From: Pachysolen tannophilus NRRL Y-2460
Taxonomy: Eukaryota
Length of the DNA: 64,000 bases
Direction of reading: 5' to 3'
Assembly (NCBI GenBank): GCA_001661245.1
Contig: KV454012.1
Location: forward strand, 278,147-342,146
Below are positions 1 to 11,570 of the stretch, in pieces. A model generated the notes under the pieces. The model saw only the letters and a list, made by a program, of their open reading frames with translations. It was not told the origin of the DNA and ran no database searches. Made by a program: the position numbers and the translations under genes. Positions within the stretch are counted from its first letter, which is position 1; every line of letters starts with the position of its first letter.

Positions 1-846
1 TTCTTCAACTTTAGACCATGTCTTTACACCACTAATATCATCCAACATGGGTGAATGCCAACGTAAACTTTCAGTTTTAACTTCATTTATAAAATTTATG
101 CATTCAAAATAGAAATAATCAGGAGCAAACATTTCAACAACTTCTTTATTATGAATAGATTTTGGTTTTAAAAATTCATGAGTAGATAATTGAGATGCAC
201 CAAATAAAAAGGGTAAGAAATGATAATCATCCAATCCCCAAACTCCATGAGAACCAGCAGGTTCAAGCCAATATTCTTTTTGTAAAGATCTCATTAATTT
301 AATATAATTATAAAAAATTTTTAATACTAGGGCTTGTGAATCTTTTTCTAAATTAAGAATACCAAGATTTCGAAGACATAATAAAAAACATATAAAATTT
401 AATTCATGACCTGAACCATAATCAATTCTAGTTCTATTTCCAAATGATTCATTTAAATAAACCAGTAATTCAATTCTAGGATCATTTTCATTAGAATATT
501 GAGATAACAGAAGAATTCTTTGACCCAAGATATGTGAAATATTTTCATGTAAATCATCATAAAAATCTCTAAATTCGGGTTTACCAAACCTTGAAGCTTC
601 CCTATCAGATACAACAGGATGTTTTTTAAAAATTATTTCTATATCTTGTAATATATTTAAAATACAATTACAATTTTCTGAAACAATTATATCTATATCT
701 GATATTTTTTTGCCCCTAACAGATTTTGATAAAGTTTCAACAAAGCAAACAACTTCCTTATGGGTATCTGAGTCCTTCCATATTTTCAAATCTTCATCGG
801 TAACTATACGCCTAACAGGCTCGATGAAAACTGTATCAGCTAACAT
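1..846 (-). CDS. RRD2: PP2A phosphatase activator (PTPA family), 3' end beyond window start
   Basis: Not in ORF track. ATG at 846-844; manual translation gives SRFGKPEFRDF, YLNESFGNRTRIDYGSGHELNF, YWLEPAGSHGVWGLDDYHFLPFLFGASQL and SLRWHSPMLDDISGVKTWSKV. Confidence 0.92.
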   Translation of the reverse strand, partial: MLADTVFIEPVRRIVTDEDLKIWKDSDTHKEVVCFVETLSKSVRGKKISDIDIIVSENCNCILNILQDIEIIFKKHPVVSDREASRFGKPEFRDFYDDLHENISHILGQRILLLSQYSNENDPRIELLVYLNESFGNRTRIDYGSGHELNFICFLLCLRNLGILNLEKDSQALVLKIFYNYIKLMRSLQKEYWLEPAGSHGVWGLDDYHFLPFLFGASQLSTHEFLKPKSIHNKEVVEMFAPDYFYFECINFINEVKTESLRWHSPMLDDISGVKTWSKVEE

Positions 847-932
847 TTTCAATTTTTTTTTATTTTATAATTAAATAAACCGAGACAATAAATATATAGA
901 TATACAATTTATACCAAAAGTACTTGTTGTTC

Positions 933-963
<31 letters not shown>

Positions 964-1446
964 TAACCTTTTAAAACAACATGTCGTGTAACAAAATAGT
1001 AAATTATTTCAAATCGGGAAGCAAAAAAGGTAGTGTACACTACTCTTATTTTTTAAAAATATAATTGTAACATCATACACTACCCAGGTGGCTCAAATAT
1101 CACATGACTAAGCATCACATGATTTTATCTACAAACAATAGTCGTGTAATTTGAAACTAAAAAAAATTCTTTTAAAATTTTTTTTTTTTTTTTTTTTTCT
1201 TTTTTTTCTTTCTTTTTCGTATTCCGGTCATGAGGAATAAATAAATAATACAATTCTATAATTGTAATTATAATTATAATTATAATTGTTTTAAATATAT
1301 TTAATTTAATTTAATTTTATTTAATAATATTAATATTGATATTAAATATTAATCATCATCATTAATAAGATTTTATTGGAATAAATTAATCTATATATAT
1401 ATTTTTTTTGTTTATTGATTTTTTTATTTTAGGTGATAACAAGGGA

Positions 1447-2241
1447 ATGTTAAAGTTATCGAGATCATCACTTCGGAGCTGTTTAGAAGAATCATCGAGG
1501 ATATCAAGGATATCTAGAAGATATCAATCTTCTTCTTCTTCGAAGAAAGATCTTAATGTTAATAATTTGAAACCGGTAACAAGTTTACCGTCATCTTCAT
1601 CCAAGAAATTACTGGCAAGTGGTAATGGTAATAATAAGAAATATGATTCTAATGATAATAAGATAAAGGATAAATTTCATTCTAGTAATATAAATTCTTC
1701 AACTTCATCAGAAAAATTACAAGAAATTATTAAAAAACCAAGATTAGGTTTTAGTTCATTACCAAAAGTTTCTTCAACTTATAGTTTCCATCCAAAAGAT
1801 TTATTACTTGATAATTTTTTCAGTGGTTATAGACCAATGACTTTACCAATTCAACAACAACAACAACAACTTGAAAAACCAAAATATTTAAATAAAATTT
1901 CTCCACAATTAAATAAATCGGGAGCATATGTTTATTTTGAAATTGATGATAATTTGGATTTCTTAAACGATTTAGAAAATACAGCAAATGAAAATCCAGA
2001 ATTAAGAGCAAGAGATATTGAAAGAAAGACAAGTACAAGGTTTGATCATTCACATAAATCATTAAAAGAACAAGATCAAAAAAATGAAGAATATGAAAAA
2101 GAATTATATGAATCTAAAAATAAATCTCTTGATCAAAATACAAAAATTGCTGAAAGCAAAAGAAGTAGAGGAAGAAGAAGAATTGTTTATAACATGAAAA
2201 AAGAAGAAGAAGATAATAATAACAATAATGATGGGAAATAA
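1447..2241 (+). CDS. Probable mitochondrial protein, PET20/SUE1/MRX6-like
   Basis: First ATG 1447; Arg/Ser-rich presequence-like N-terminus; LPKVSST...DLLLDNFFSGYRP resembles the LPxVPxT...SGYRP motif of the Pet20 family. Confidence 0.55.
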   Translation: MLKLSRSSLRSCLEESSRISRISRRYQSSSSSKKDLNVNNLKPVTSLPSSSSKKLLASGNGNNKKYDSNDNKIKDKFHSSNINSSTSSEKLQEIIKKPRLGFSSLPKVSSTYSFHPKDLLLDNFFSGYRPMTLPIQQQQQQLEKPKYLNKISPQLNKSGAYVYFEIDDNLDFLNDLENTANENPELRARDIERKTSTRFDHSHKSLKEQDQKNEEYEKELYESKNKSLDQNTKIAESKRSRGRRRIVYNMKKEEEDNNNNNDGK

Positions 2242-2655
2242 TAATTCATGACTCACACTATAAATGAATATACTATATTACAAATTTAATCTTTTTTTTT
2301 TTCTTTTTCAATTTTTATTTTCACTTTTATATAAGAACAAGATCATTTTTTAATTGATCATTCGCATGGATACGTTTATTTTCTATTTCTTTTAGCAGTT
2401 TATCATTTACTTTCTACTCTTGTTTTCCTCTTATTTTTCAATTTTGTATATATTTTTGTGCATTTGCTTATTTATTTGTTCACTTTTTCACCTTTTTTTT
2501 TTTTCACCATCGTTTGAAAAGAGAAAAAAAAAATACATAAAATATTTATATATATATATATATATATATCTTTAATTAAGATCATTAATTATAATACTAT
2601 TACTATCGAGGATATTCATTCGTACATGTATTTGCAGAGACTTTAGAACTTTAAA

Positions 2656-3954
2656 ATGATAGTTTATAGATCGATTCTGCGATCTTGTCTTGGACGTAAT
2701 TTATTTATTGGGACTCAAAAAAGGTTTAATTCAACTGGAAAATTCATATCATTTAAAGATACAGAATATTTAAAGAAATTATACCAAGATAATGAATTTT
2801 TTATTAAGACATGTCAAAAACCAAAACTTGAAGAAGATAAGGATTTTTTAAATAATTCAAATTCTTTATCTAATATTCAAAATATTAAAACTAAAGAAGA
2901 AATTTATTTAATTTATTCTTCATTATCAAATTGGAAAAAATTTTTCAAATTTTGTGTAATGTTTTTAAATTTTTATAAGAAAGGTTTAAAAGATATTTGG
3001 TTTAATTACAAGTCTTTAAGGAAAGAAGTTTTCAATAAATATCATATTGATAATAAAATTATCGTTCCAGGTAAGAAAAACCTGATACTGAAAGTTAAAA
3101 TCATTAATAATAGAAATAATAAACAATTAATTAAAATTTTAAATAATACTATAAATAATTATAAAAATGAATATAGAGCAACTAATGATTTCAAGAAATT
3201 TTTTAATAATAAATATGAAATTTCATTAAAAAGATCAGATTTTGTTAAACTCTTGAGAACAGGGAAGGATATTCTGAAAATTCCAATGTTTGGTTTAATT
3301 TTCATAATATTTGAAGAATTAACAGTTTTAATATGTTATCTTTTCCCCAGTATAACTCCTTCTACATGTATATTACCACAATTATCAAGCCGCTATTATC
3401 AGAGTTCAAAAATGGCACAGAACAAGTTAGGGAAAGTTGTCATAAAACATCAAGATCAAATTCAAAAAGATATCATTAAATACGCTTCAAGAACACCTTA
3501 TACCATTACTGAAGAAGAACTTTACCCATTGATTGATTTGTTCAAGTTAAGATCACCTTTAATTCCATTAAGATTTTATTCAACAGAAACGTTGAGAGAT
3601 AATTTACAACTAAAATTTCAAGAAATTTTGGTTGATAATTTTTTAATACTTAGAGACGGTGGGATATGGAACTTGAACAAATTGGAATTATTGGATGCAT
3701 GTATTAACAGAGGCCTAATCAACTATGACAAGTTAATAAAGCTGTCAAGGGAAAGCAACAAAAGCTTATATGACTCGATAGATCAAAATATACTAAGATT
3801 AAGATTGTTCAAATTTATAAATGATTTAAACTTGGTGGAAACCACAAACGTTGGCTATTTATCCTTAAACGGTTGTTCCATGGACATGATCGATAATATT
3901 GATCCAAATAAATCACTCACTTTCATAAGACAAACACTTGTTAATAATTTATAA
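2656..3954 (+). CDS. Mitochondrial LETM1-like domain protein (PNT1-like)
   Basis: 432-aa ORF with presequence-like N-terminus; RTGKDILKIPMFGLIFIIFEE..P...PSTC and DNFLILRDGG....L...EL..ACINRG are LETM1-type motifs. Confidence 0.65.
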   Translation: MIVYRSILRSCLGRNLFIGTQKRFNSTGKFISFKDTEYLKKLYQDNEFFIKTCQKPKLEEDKDFLNNSNSLSNIQNIKTKEEIYLIYSSLSNWKKFFKFCVMFLNFYKKGLKDIWFNYKSLRKEVFNKYHIDNKIIVPGKKNLILKVKIINNRNNKQLIKILNNTINNYKNEYRATNDFKKFFNNKYEISLKRSDFVKLLRTGKDILKIPMFGLIFIIFEELTVLICYLFPSITPSTCILPQLSSRYYQSSKMAQNKLGKVVIKHQDQIQKDIIKYASRTPYTITEEELYPLIDLFKLRSPLIPLRFYSTETLRDNLQLKFQEILVDNFLILRDGGIWNLNKLELLDACINRGLINYDKLIKLSRESNKSLYDSIDQNILRLRLFKFINDLNLVETTNVGYLSLNGCSMDMIDNIDPNKSLTFIRQTLVNNL

Positions 3955-4121
3955 TTAAAATTGTATATATAGAGAAATTAAAAGTAATATTCTTTTTATG
4001 TACCTGAAAAATGTAGAAAAAAAAAATATCTAAAAATATAAAAATTAATGAAAAGTTATATATATAAAGAAAAAACAGTAAATCTATTTACAATAATAAT
4101 TATAAAGAATATTTGTTGAGA

Positions 4122-6290
4122 ATGCTGTCAGTGGAGGATACTGAGCTTTACAAATGGCTATCAGATTTAAATCTTTCTGATTATTATAGAAATTTTGTTG
4201 ATAAAGGGGTTAGTTTTGATTTAATACCTTACTTAGATAAGCATGCGTTACGTGAAATAGGTATTGAAAAGATTGGTGATAGGTTAGTGTTTGAGATAAG
4301 TATCAATAAGTTAAGGACAAAAGAGTTATATGAATCGATTCCATGGGATAGAGTTTTAAAAATTGTAAATGATCGTGTTGCTAAGATAGCTGCTGATAAT
4401 TATAAGAATAATAACAATAGTACTTTAATTGCAGCTTCAAATTTGATCACAAATGCCAATAGCAATGATAACAATAATAATAATAATAATAACAATGCTG
4501 TTTCAGAGGAGAAGAATACCTCTAAATCAAGTGTAACTTTTATTCTTCAAGATGGTTCGACTAAGAAGATAAATGTTTCTGGGTGTTTTAATTCCGATTC
4601 TATAAAACGTAAAATTTTTAAAAAATTAAATATAAAATCATCACCTTTACAAGCCAAGTTATGGGATACATATGTGATTGATAGTAATGATCAGCCACAT
4701 CTTATGTTTGATGTTGAATTAGTGACAGTTTGCCATTCTCCTGATAGAATAGAGAAAAATAGGATAATATTATGTGAAAAGGATGAAAAACCGTCTCTTC
4801 AAGCAATTGAAACTTCGAATAGGATTAGAACAAAATATCAACCATTGAGAGAATCAATGAAAAGAAACATTATCAATAATAACAGTAACAACAATGATAA
4901 CGACAAATACAACAAGATCAACGAAGCTAATAAACCAAATATTAGAAAATTCTTCGATCAAAGACCTCCAAGTTCATTGATCTCTACAAATTTGGCGCAA
5001 TATTTCCCCGACACTGAACTGAATAAACTTCAAGAAACAGTTAAGAATAGTGTTAGAATGTCGAGATTAATAAATAATCCAAGATTCTCGATGCTCAGTG
5101 GTGGGAGTTCAATAAGAAATAGACCGGAATCTATCATATCATCAAGGTTATTGAATAACACCTCACCAAGTTCAAGAACTATTGGAAGTATTTGGATGAA
5201 CAATATTAACGCTTTGGATAATGCAGTTACTGATAATACCGTTGGCACAGGTGGTCTAACTGATGTAAATACTACTTTGAAACCATGGGCAACTAATAAC
5301 AGTTCAAGTACTTCAGCTTCAAAATTGATAAATAATAGATTATCAATTATTTCATCGAATGATAATATAACATCTCGTATTGAACTTTTTTCATCCGATG
5401 AAGAAGAAGAAATTGGTGAAGAATATTTATTAAGACAGCTTTCATTAGAAGAAGAAGAAAATAGTGGACCTAAGAATTGGTTAAAAGGTGCCAAGATTGG
5501 TTCTGGTAGTTTTGGAGTTGTCTTTTTAGGAATGAACTCTTTAACAGGTGAATTAATGGCGGTAAAACAAGTAGAATTACCAAAGGATAAGGATAAAAAT
5601 GATCATAAACTTGCTATGATTGAAGCATTGAAACAGGAGACGATTTTATTAAAAGATTTACACCATGAGAATATTGTTAGTTATTTAGGATCTAACAGTG
5701 ATTCACAATTTTTAAATATTTTCTTGGAGTATGTACCGGGTGGTAGCGTTAGTTCAATGTTAAATAACTATGGTCCATTTGAAGAGCCATTAATTAGAAA
5801 TTTTATAAGACAAACAATAATAGGATTGAACTACCTTCATGGAGAGCATATAATTCATAGGGATATTAAAGGAGCAAATATTTTGATTGATAGTTCTGGT
5901 ACTGTTAAGATTTCTGATTTTGGGATATCTAAAAAAATCAATACTACAGTATCAATGGCAAGTAAGAGAGCTTCATTACAAGGTTCTGTTTACTGGATGG
6001 CTCCGGAAGTGGTCAAACAAACCACATATACTTCTAAAGCAGATATTTGGTCTGTTGGATGTTTAGTCATCGAGATGTTCACTTGTAAACATCCATTCCC
6101 TGATTTTTCTCAAATGCAAGCAATTTTCAAAATTGGAACACATACAATTCCAGAGATTCCTGAATGGGCTACTGATGAAGCAAAACATTTTTTAACTATG
6201 ACATTTGAATTAGATTATAAAAAAAGACCTACTGCTGCAGAATTGTTAAACGATGAATTTTTAAATACATTGATCATGTCGAAGAATTGA
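4122..6290 (+). CDS. STE11: MAP kinase kinase kinase Ste11 (SAM, RA and kinase domains)
   Basis: N-terminal SAM domain, FFDQRPPSSLIS motif, kinase motifs GAKIGSGSFG, MAVKQV, HRDIKGANIL, RASLQGSVYWMAPEVVKQ; first ATG 4122. Confidence 0.95.
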   Translation: MLSVEDTELYKWLSDLNLSDYYRNFVDKGVSFDLIPYLDKHALREIGIEKIGDRLVFEISINKLRTKELYESIPWDRVLKIVNDRVAKIAADNYKNNNNSTLIAASNLITNANSNDNNNNNNNNNAVSEEKNTSKSSVTFILQDGSTKKINVSGCFNSDSIKRKIFKKLNIKSSPLQAKLWDTYVIDSNDQPHLMFDVELVTVCHSPDRIEKNRIILCEKDEKPSLQAIETSNRIRTKYQPLRESMKRNIINNNSNNNDNDKYNKINEANKPNIRKFFDQRPPSSLISTNLAQYFPDTELNKLQETVKNSVRMSRLINNPRFSMLSGGSSIRNRPESIISSRLLNNTSPSSRTIGSIWMNNINALDNAVTDNTVGTGGLTDVNTTLKPWATNNSSSTSASKLINNRLSIISSNDNITSRIELFSSDEEEEIGEEYLLRQLSLEEEENSGPKNWLKGAKIGSGSFGVVFLGMNSLTGELMAVKQVELPKDKDKNDHKLAMIEALKQETILLKDLHHENIVSYLGSNSDSQFLNIFLEYVPGGSVSSMLNNYGPFEEPLIRNFIRQTIIGLNYLHGEHIIHRDIKGANILIDSSGTVKISDFGISKKINTTVSMASKRASLQGSVYWMAPEVVKQTTYTSKADIWSVGCLVIEMFTCKHPFPDFSQMQAIFKIGTHTIPEIPEWATDEAKHFLTMTFELDYKKRPTAAELLNDEFLNTLIMSKN

Positions 6291-6499
6291 TCAATACCAG
6301 TCATTCTGTATAGATAGAAACGTCATAAATATACCGTATTAAAGAAAGAAAAAAATAAAATAAAAAAAATAAAAAATGAAAGAAAAAGCTATCCTCATAA
6401 CCTCTTATTTAGGTTAAACCTTAGCCTACTAAACGTAATAAATATGTCATCCTCCCTGTTAAACCATAATATAGCATTATTCATTAACTCATTGCTCAT

Positions 6500-6769
6500 T
6501 TATTTTGGTTCTTCTTCCTTTGGACCAGCATTGTCCATTTTTGGTCTATGACCTTGATTCAAAATCAATGGAGACTTTCGAGGATTAAAATTATGTGGCC
6601 TTGAAGCTTCATCTAATGTCTTGAGATGTCCCTTACCAAAATCTAATCTAACTTTATCTTTATCAACGCCTTTAAAACGATCTTCTTCTCCATTAGCAAT
6701 ATTTTCATTCACTTGTTCTTGAACTGATTTCTCACTTGCTTCCTTAGAATGCTCTACCGATTCCGACAT
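6500..6769 (-). CDS. Small hydrophilic hypothetical protein (89 aa)
   Basis: ATG at 6769 (MSESVEHS...); coding-like composition; no family recognised. Confidence 0.6.
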   Translation of the reverse strand: MSESVEHSKEASEKSVQEQVNENIANGEEDRFKGVDKDKVRLDFGKGHLKTLDEASRPHNFNPRKSPLILNQGHRPKMDNAGPKEEEPK

Positions 6770-6921
6770 CTTTAAGTTAAATTCAAATAACAATTTCTCT
6801 TTGACAACCTCTTTAATAATATGATTAATTAATAGTAAAACTATTTAACTACGCTTCAGATCAGCCCTTCCCTGCTAAAATTTGAGCCAAAAATAAAAAT
6901 AAAAAAAAATAAAAAAGAAAA

Positions 6922-6992
6922 TGCGCAAACCCGGAATCGAACCGGGGGCCCAACGATGGCAACGTTGGATTTTACCACTAAACCATTTGCGC
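6922..6992 (-). tRNA. tRNA-Gly(GCC)
   Basis: Reverse complement GCGCAAATGGTTTAGTGGTAAAATCCAACGTTGCCATCGTTGGGCCCCCGGTTCGATTCCGGGTTTGCGCA; cloverleaf with anticodon GCC; T-rich tract follows. Confidence 0.97.
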
Positions 6993-7159
6993 TTTTACTT
7001 ATGGAAAGCTGCCATTTGGTCTCCTGTTTATTTGAGAACTGGCTGGTGCTAACTGTGATATAACTTTATGGTGTTTAGAACTGGAATAGTTTTCTACAGA
7101 TTCAACATCAATTTGAAATAAAAATAAAAATATATACACTTAGGAAAAAATTAATAGTT

Positions 7160-7191
<32 letters not shown>

Positions 7192-7205
7192 TATATGGTA
7201 ACGTT

Positions 7206-9083
7206 CTAAGCTCTATAAACTTCAAATTCATTTATAATATTAACAGCCGAACAAAACCCATCAGTGGAACTTATAATCAATGTTTCCCCATCATTAGACC
7301 ACGCCAAGTCAGTCAAAGTTGAATAATGCAAGTTTGAAATGAATACTATAGGTTTAATAGATTCTGTATCATAGATGATTACGCTATCCTGTGTTGCAAC
7401 AGCAAATACCATTCTATATGGTAATTTGAAAACAGGTGTCATTGTCTTTGATCCTGAAAGTGAAGTTGGTTTCAAATTTGGAATATTTTTTTCTCTTTCA
7501 ATATCATTTCTATTGTTACTAATATCGGTATCACCAACAGTCTCATCATCATCTAATTTTGCAACAGACCCATCTTGGTTTATCTTTAAATATTCAGTCT
7601 TTGTTTCATCAATTTTATTTTCTGTCTTATCTGTAAAATCAGATCCATGACGTAAAGTATATAATATTGGAGAAAATCTAACTGCAATAGATGGTCTTTT
7701 CAATCCAGGCAAATGTGCCACTGGTGCTCTATTTAAACCAGCTCTTGTATAAATATAAACGGTATTTGTAAATTCATCTTTACTGTTATTATTTACAATT
7801 TCTGTTGATCCAGTACCGCTACTATTACCATTTCCACTGGCATTTGTACTATTTCCGGTAGAACCATTAGTATTACTGACATTAGTGTTACTGTAATTCT
7901 TAAAAATTCCACTTGGTGTTAATAATAAATTCCCATCAGGTGAAAAACATAACCTTCTGAAAAAAGATTGTAAAGTTTCATTATGGTATAACAAACAATT
8001 TTTCAAAATTGGAGGTTCCATTGCTCTCACGGCAGGTAATGGAACAGATAAACGAGGAGATAAAGGTTGAGGTGACAGTCCTTCTCTTTGATACAATTGC
8101 TGGTATGCAGGCGATGGTGAACGAGCCGGAGTGTTTGAAGAAGATCCTGTTGAAGATGTTGATAATTTTCTCTTGTGTGAAGTTGGTGGATTCATTGCAG
8201 TAACCGTTGATGTAGTTAGTGGTGTTGAAGTTGGTGTCAGTATTGTTGAAGTTGATGCAGCAGAAGATGGGGTTAATGATAATTTTCCTGGAATTGAAAC
8301 GTTGCTCGAAGATGTAACCAATTTAACTTCTTCTGTTTTCAATTTTGGAGAATGAGGAATTGCCATAACTCTTGAAGTTGGTAATTCTGCTCTTGTTATC
8401 TTATAATAAATAGTTGGTTGTAAATTTAATACATTACCACCACTAGTTTTGTTTAATTTATAAATATGAACTGATCTATCAGCAGATTGAGTTGCTATGA
8501 ATTCATTTTTTGGATCCCAAGCAACACCTTGTACATAATGATTATGTTCAGCAATTTGTTTTATCTGTTGACCATTTGAAGCATTATAAATTCTCGTAAC
8601 ATTATCCATTGAACCAGTCAAGATAAATTTCGAATCAGGAGACCATGCTAAATCATAAATTTCAGAAGTTGATGATCTACAAGCATGTTTTAAAATCCAA
8701 CTTTCTTTTACATCTTCATCATTTTCAGTTGAACCAAATTCTTTAACAATATGATCAGATAATTGCCAAATCAAAATAGTCCCATCATCTCCAGCAGTTG
8801 CCAAAAACTCTCCCTTCGGATCAAACCGAACAACATTAACCGCCTGGGTATGTTTTGTTAAAGTACAAAGATAATCAACAGATTTAACTTTTTTCTTGTC
8901 TTCATCATAAACTAATTTCCAAATCCTAACATTATTATCTCCACCCCCAGTAGCCAACCTCACAGAATTTCGTGGCTTACCATTCTTACCAACAGGTAAA
9001 TGATTCGGCTGAAAATCAACACTATATATAGGTTGATTTTCATCATGCCAATGGACTGTAACTGTCAGAGCATCAATTGTCAT
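7206..9083 (-). CDS. CAC2: Chromatin assembly factor 1 subunit B (WD40)
   Basis: VHWHDENQPIYSVDFQ, RLATGGGDNNVRIW, HTQAVNVVRF, HNHYVQGVAWDP, SFFRRLCFSPDG, LPYRMVFAVATQDSV; ATG at 9083. Confidence 0.93.
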   Translation of the reverse strand: MTIDALTVTVHWHDENQPIYSVDFQPNHLPVGKNGKPRNSVRLATGGGDNNVRIWKLVYDEDKKKVKSVDYLCTLTKHTQAVNVVRFDPKGEFLATAGDDGTILIWQLSDHIVKEFGSTENDEDVKESWILKHACRSSTSEIYDLAWSPDSKFILTGSMDNVTRIYNASNGQQIKQIAEHNHYVQGVAWDPKNEFIATQSADRSVHIYKLNKTSGGNVLNLQPTIYYKITRAELPTSRVMAIPHSPKLKTEEVKLVTSSSNVSIPGKLSLTPSSAASTSTILTPTSTPLTTSTVTAMNPPTSHKRKLSTSSTGSSSNTPARSPSPAYQQLYQREGLSPQPLSPRLSVPLPAVRAMEPPILKNCLLYHNETLQSFFRRLCFSPDGNLLLTPSGIFKNYSNTNVSNTNGSTGNSTNASGNGNSSGTGSTEIVNNNSKDEFTNTVYIYTRAGLNRAPVAHLPGLKRPSIAVRFSPILYTLRHGSDFTDKTENKIDETKTEYLKINQDGSVAKLDDDETVGDTDISNNRNDIEREKNIPNLKPTSLSGSKTMTPVFKLPYRMVFAVATQDSVIIYDTESIKPIVFISNLHYSTLTDLAWSNDGETLIISSTDGFCSAVNIINEFEVYRA

Positions 9084-9760
9084 TCTAACCAACAACAAAA
9101 ATTAAATTTTTTTTTTTTTTTTTTTTTTATTATTATTATTTTTATTACTAATTTTTTTAATTATTTCCAAGTTATAAACTACCCAATTATAACAAATCCT
9201 TTAGAAAGTTTCGACCTGAAACTAAGATCAACAATTCCCTTAAATGCCAATTGAAGCCCAATTCAAAAAAAGAATTAATATTACAATTCAATTTATTATC
9301 ATGATCAATAAATTCAAAAATATTTACTTCTTCTGCGCGCGTTAAAAAATCACAAATTCGAAGAAAAACCAAAACCAAAAAAGTCGTTCGCAAAAATACC
9401 AAAAAACAACAACAAATTTCGCTGCGAGGTATTTTCAGGGTCTTATAATGACCCAATTGGGTCACCTTATATGATGGAACCAATAACCAGTTGATGGTTC
9501 AAAGAAGATGGTTAAAAGGTTTTTTTTTCTACTTGGAATAATGTAATAAAGAGTTTATATGGAGTATTTTTTTGAGGCTCTGGTAGTCCGTGGAGTATCT
9601 TGTTTGTAATTATCTAAAGTTTGTAAATCAAAAAAAAATATATATAAAAATATAAAAAATATATAAAAAAATATTTCACCTGTTTGGTGATTCCTTTTTA
9701 GTAATAAATAATGAATAATGAATAATAAATAATAATGGAAATCATGATGTTCTTTTTTTT

Positions 9761-11377
9761 TCATGCTGTAGTTTGTTTCAGAGAGTTTTTTTTCTGAGTA
9801 ATTTTCAAATTTTGGTTGAAACCAACGTAGGTGTTAATTTGACAAGTTTCAAGCAGAACTGATCTCCAATTATTGATGCGTAGAATATCTTCAGGGTTCA
9901 TATGATAACCTTTAGCAGCTGCAATTACGATATATGGAGCATCGTAATATTGGAAAGGTAAATCTTTTCTATCTTGAAGTACTGGTGCTAATTTTAAAAT
10001 GTATAGTTTCCCTTCAATGCTTCCATAAAATTCTGTTATAAAATTATATTCCGTACCTAACCCTCCAAGTCTTTGTAAAACAGATTTTGAAATTTGATCT
10101 TTTGCAATTCTAATTTCTTCACATTGAAATTTTAAATTTTTAAATAGTTGGGAATTTGTTAACGGTAAGAAATTTTGAAGTTTTGTCTTACAAAAATTTA
10201 TTAATTTTAATCTTGATTCTAATGTTAAGATATATGCTGTTGACTGCATGCTTTTCCTTAAAATTAATTCCTGTGTATTTGGGTTCAATTTCCCTTTAAA
10301 GAGATTAATGTTATGTCTATTAATTAAATCTTGGATCAATTTTGTTTCTATAACAGGATGTAAATATTTTGTCTTTGGTTCAACGTTAATTAAAAAATAT
10401 TTAAAAATTTTTTTATTCAAACTCAATTGTTTTGAAATATGCTGATTTAATAATTTCTTAAAGCTGGTTAATTGGAAAGGTCTATCATCATATATGGTCA
10501 ATTCACTAATATTATCATAAATTTTTAAAAAATCTTGTATTGCTTCTCCTTTATAAAGCGAAGTATTTCTGTTAGGACCTTTTTTCAATATACAACAATC
10601 AAAAATAAGACCTTTACTTTCCAACATTTCCAAAATCAATTTTTTGAAATATTTTTCCTTTCTTCCAGTCATCATAATCGTTAAAACGTTTGGATTTTTA
10701 ATTGACATTCTAGATAATGCAACAACATCCTCATTCCAATTATCTGACCACGCATGTTGCCTTTCATAATCATAACCTTTCCCTGAATATTTTAAAAAAC
10801 CTGGTTCTAGCCACCAATATGAATTATTGATATCTCCTGGAGAACTAATCATTGCAACACTTGTAGGGTTTAATAATTTAGGGTTGGGAGTAGGTGTCTT
10901 AAATAATGTATTATCAAAATCATATATGTGAATTGAAGTGATTTGCGATGGTGAGGGTAAATTTGACTCATCAATATCATTATAGCAAGACCATTTAAGA
11001 ATCGGATGCAAGGTTTCTTCCAAAGATTCACAATCAGAACATGGGGGTGACTCTACATTTGTATAATCAAATTCTGGTAACATACCATTAACAACTTCAT
11101 TACTCTCAACTTCCAATACTGGTGCTTCAATAATGTCCAATTTTCTTGTTTGGTGGCCTTTATCTTCAAGATTAGATATCACATCTTCAACTTCTAATGG
11201 ACGTTTTTTCATTGTAGATGACATCGTACGATCAAAATTTGATAAACCATTATCTGGGTCAATCGCCTCAACATCTATTAAAAAATCTTCTTTCTCCAAA
11301 TTAGATGACAATAACGACGATGAAGCATAAACTGGCAGCTCTACCAGCAGCTCTGAACTGGTATTATTTCGACTCAT
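9761..11377 (-). CDS. HAD-superfamily protein, Swiss-Army-Knife RNA-repair-like HAD domain
   Basis: Motif I IHIYDFDNTLFKTP, motif II MMTGRKE, motif IV IYDDRP; first ATG 11377. Confidence 0.75.
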   Translation of the reverse strand: MSRNNTSSELLVELPVYASSSLLSSNLEKEDFLIDVEAIDPDNGLSNFDRTMSSTMKKRPLEVEDVISNLEDKGHQTRKLDIIEAPVLEVESNEVVNGMLPEFDYTNVESPPCSDCESLEETLHPILKWSCYNDIDESNLPSPSQITSIHIYDFDNTLFKTPTPNPKLLNPTSVAMISSPGDINNSYWWLEPGFLKYSGKGYDYERQHAWSDNWNEDVVALSRMSIKNPNVLTIMMTGRKEKYFKKLILEMLESKGLIFDCCILKKGPNRNTSLYKGEAIQDFLKIYDNISELTIYDDRPFQLTSFKKLLNQHISKQLSLNKKIFKYFLINVEPKTKYLHPVIETKLIQDLINRHNINLFKGKLNPNTQELILRKSMQSTAYILTLESRLKLINFCKTKLQNFLPLTNSQLFKNLKFQCEEIRIAKDQISKSVLQRLGGLGTEYNFITEFYGSIEGKLYILKLAPVLQDRKDLPFQYYDAPYIVIAAAKGYHMNPEDILRINNWRSVLLETCQINTYVGFNQNLKITQKKNSLKQTTA

Positions 11378-11570
11378 CAAACGTTTTACTCTTATTCTTT
11401 TAATATATTTAAATATATATAAAAATATAAATATAACTGAATTCTCACCAGTTAATTTTCATCAGGTTAGGAAAGTTGAAAAAATAAAAAATAAAAAAAC
11501 AGAAAATTTTTTTTGTACAACAGATGACATAAAATTAGATTTAAGAATAATCAGTATCAGGTGGTGATAA

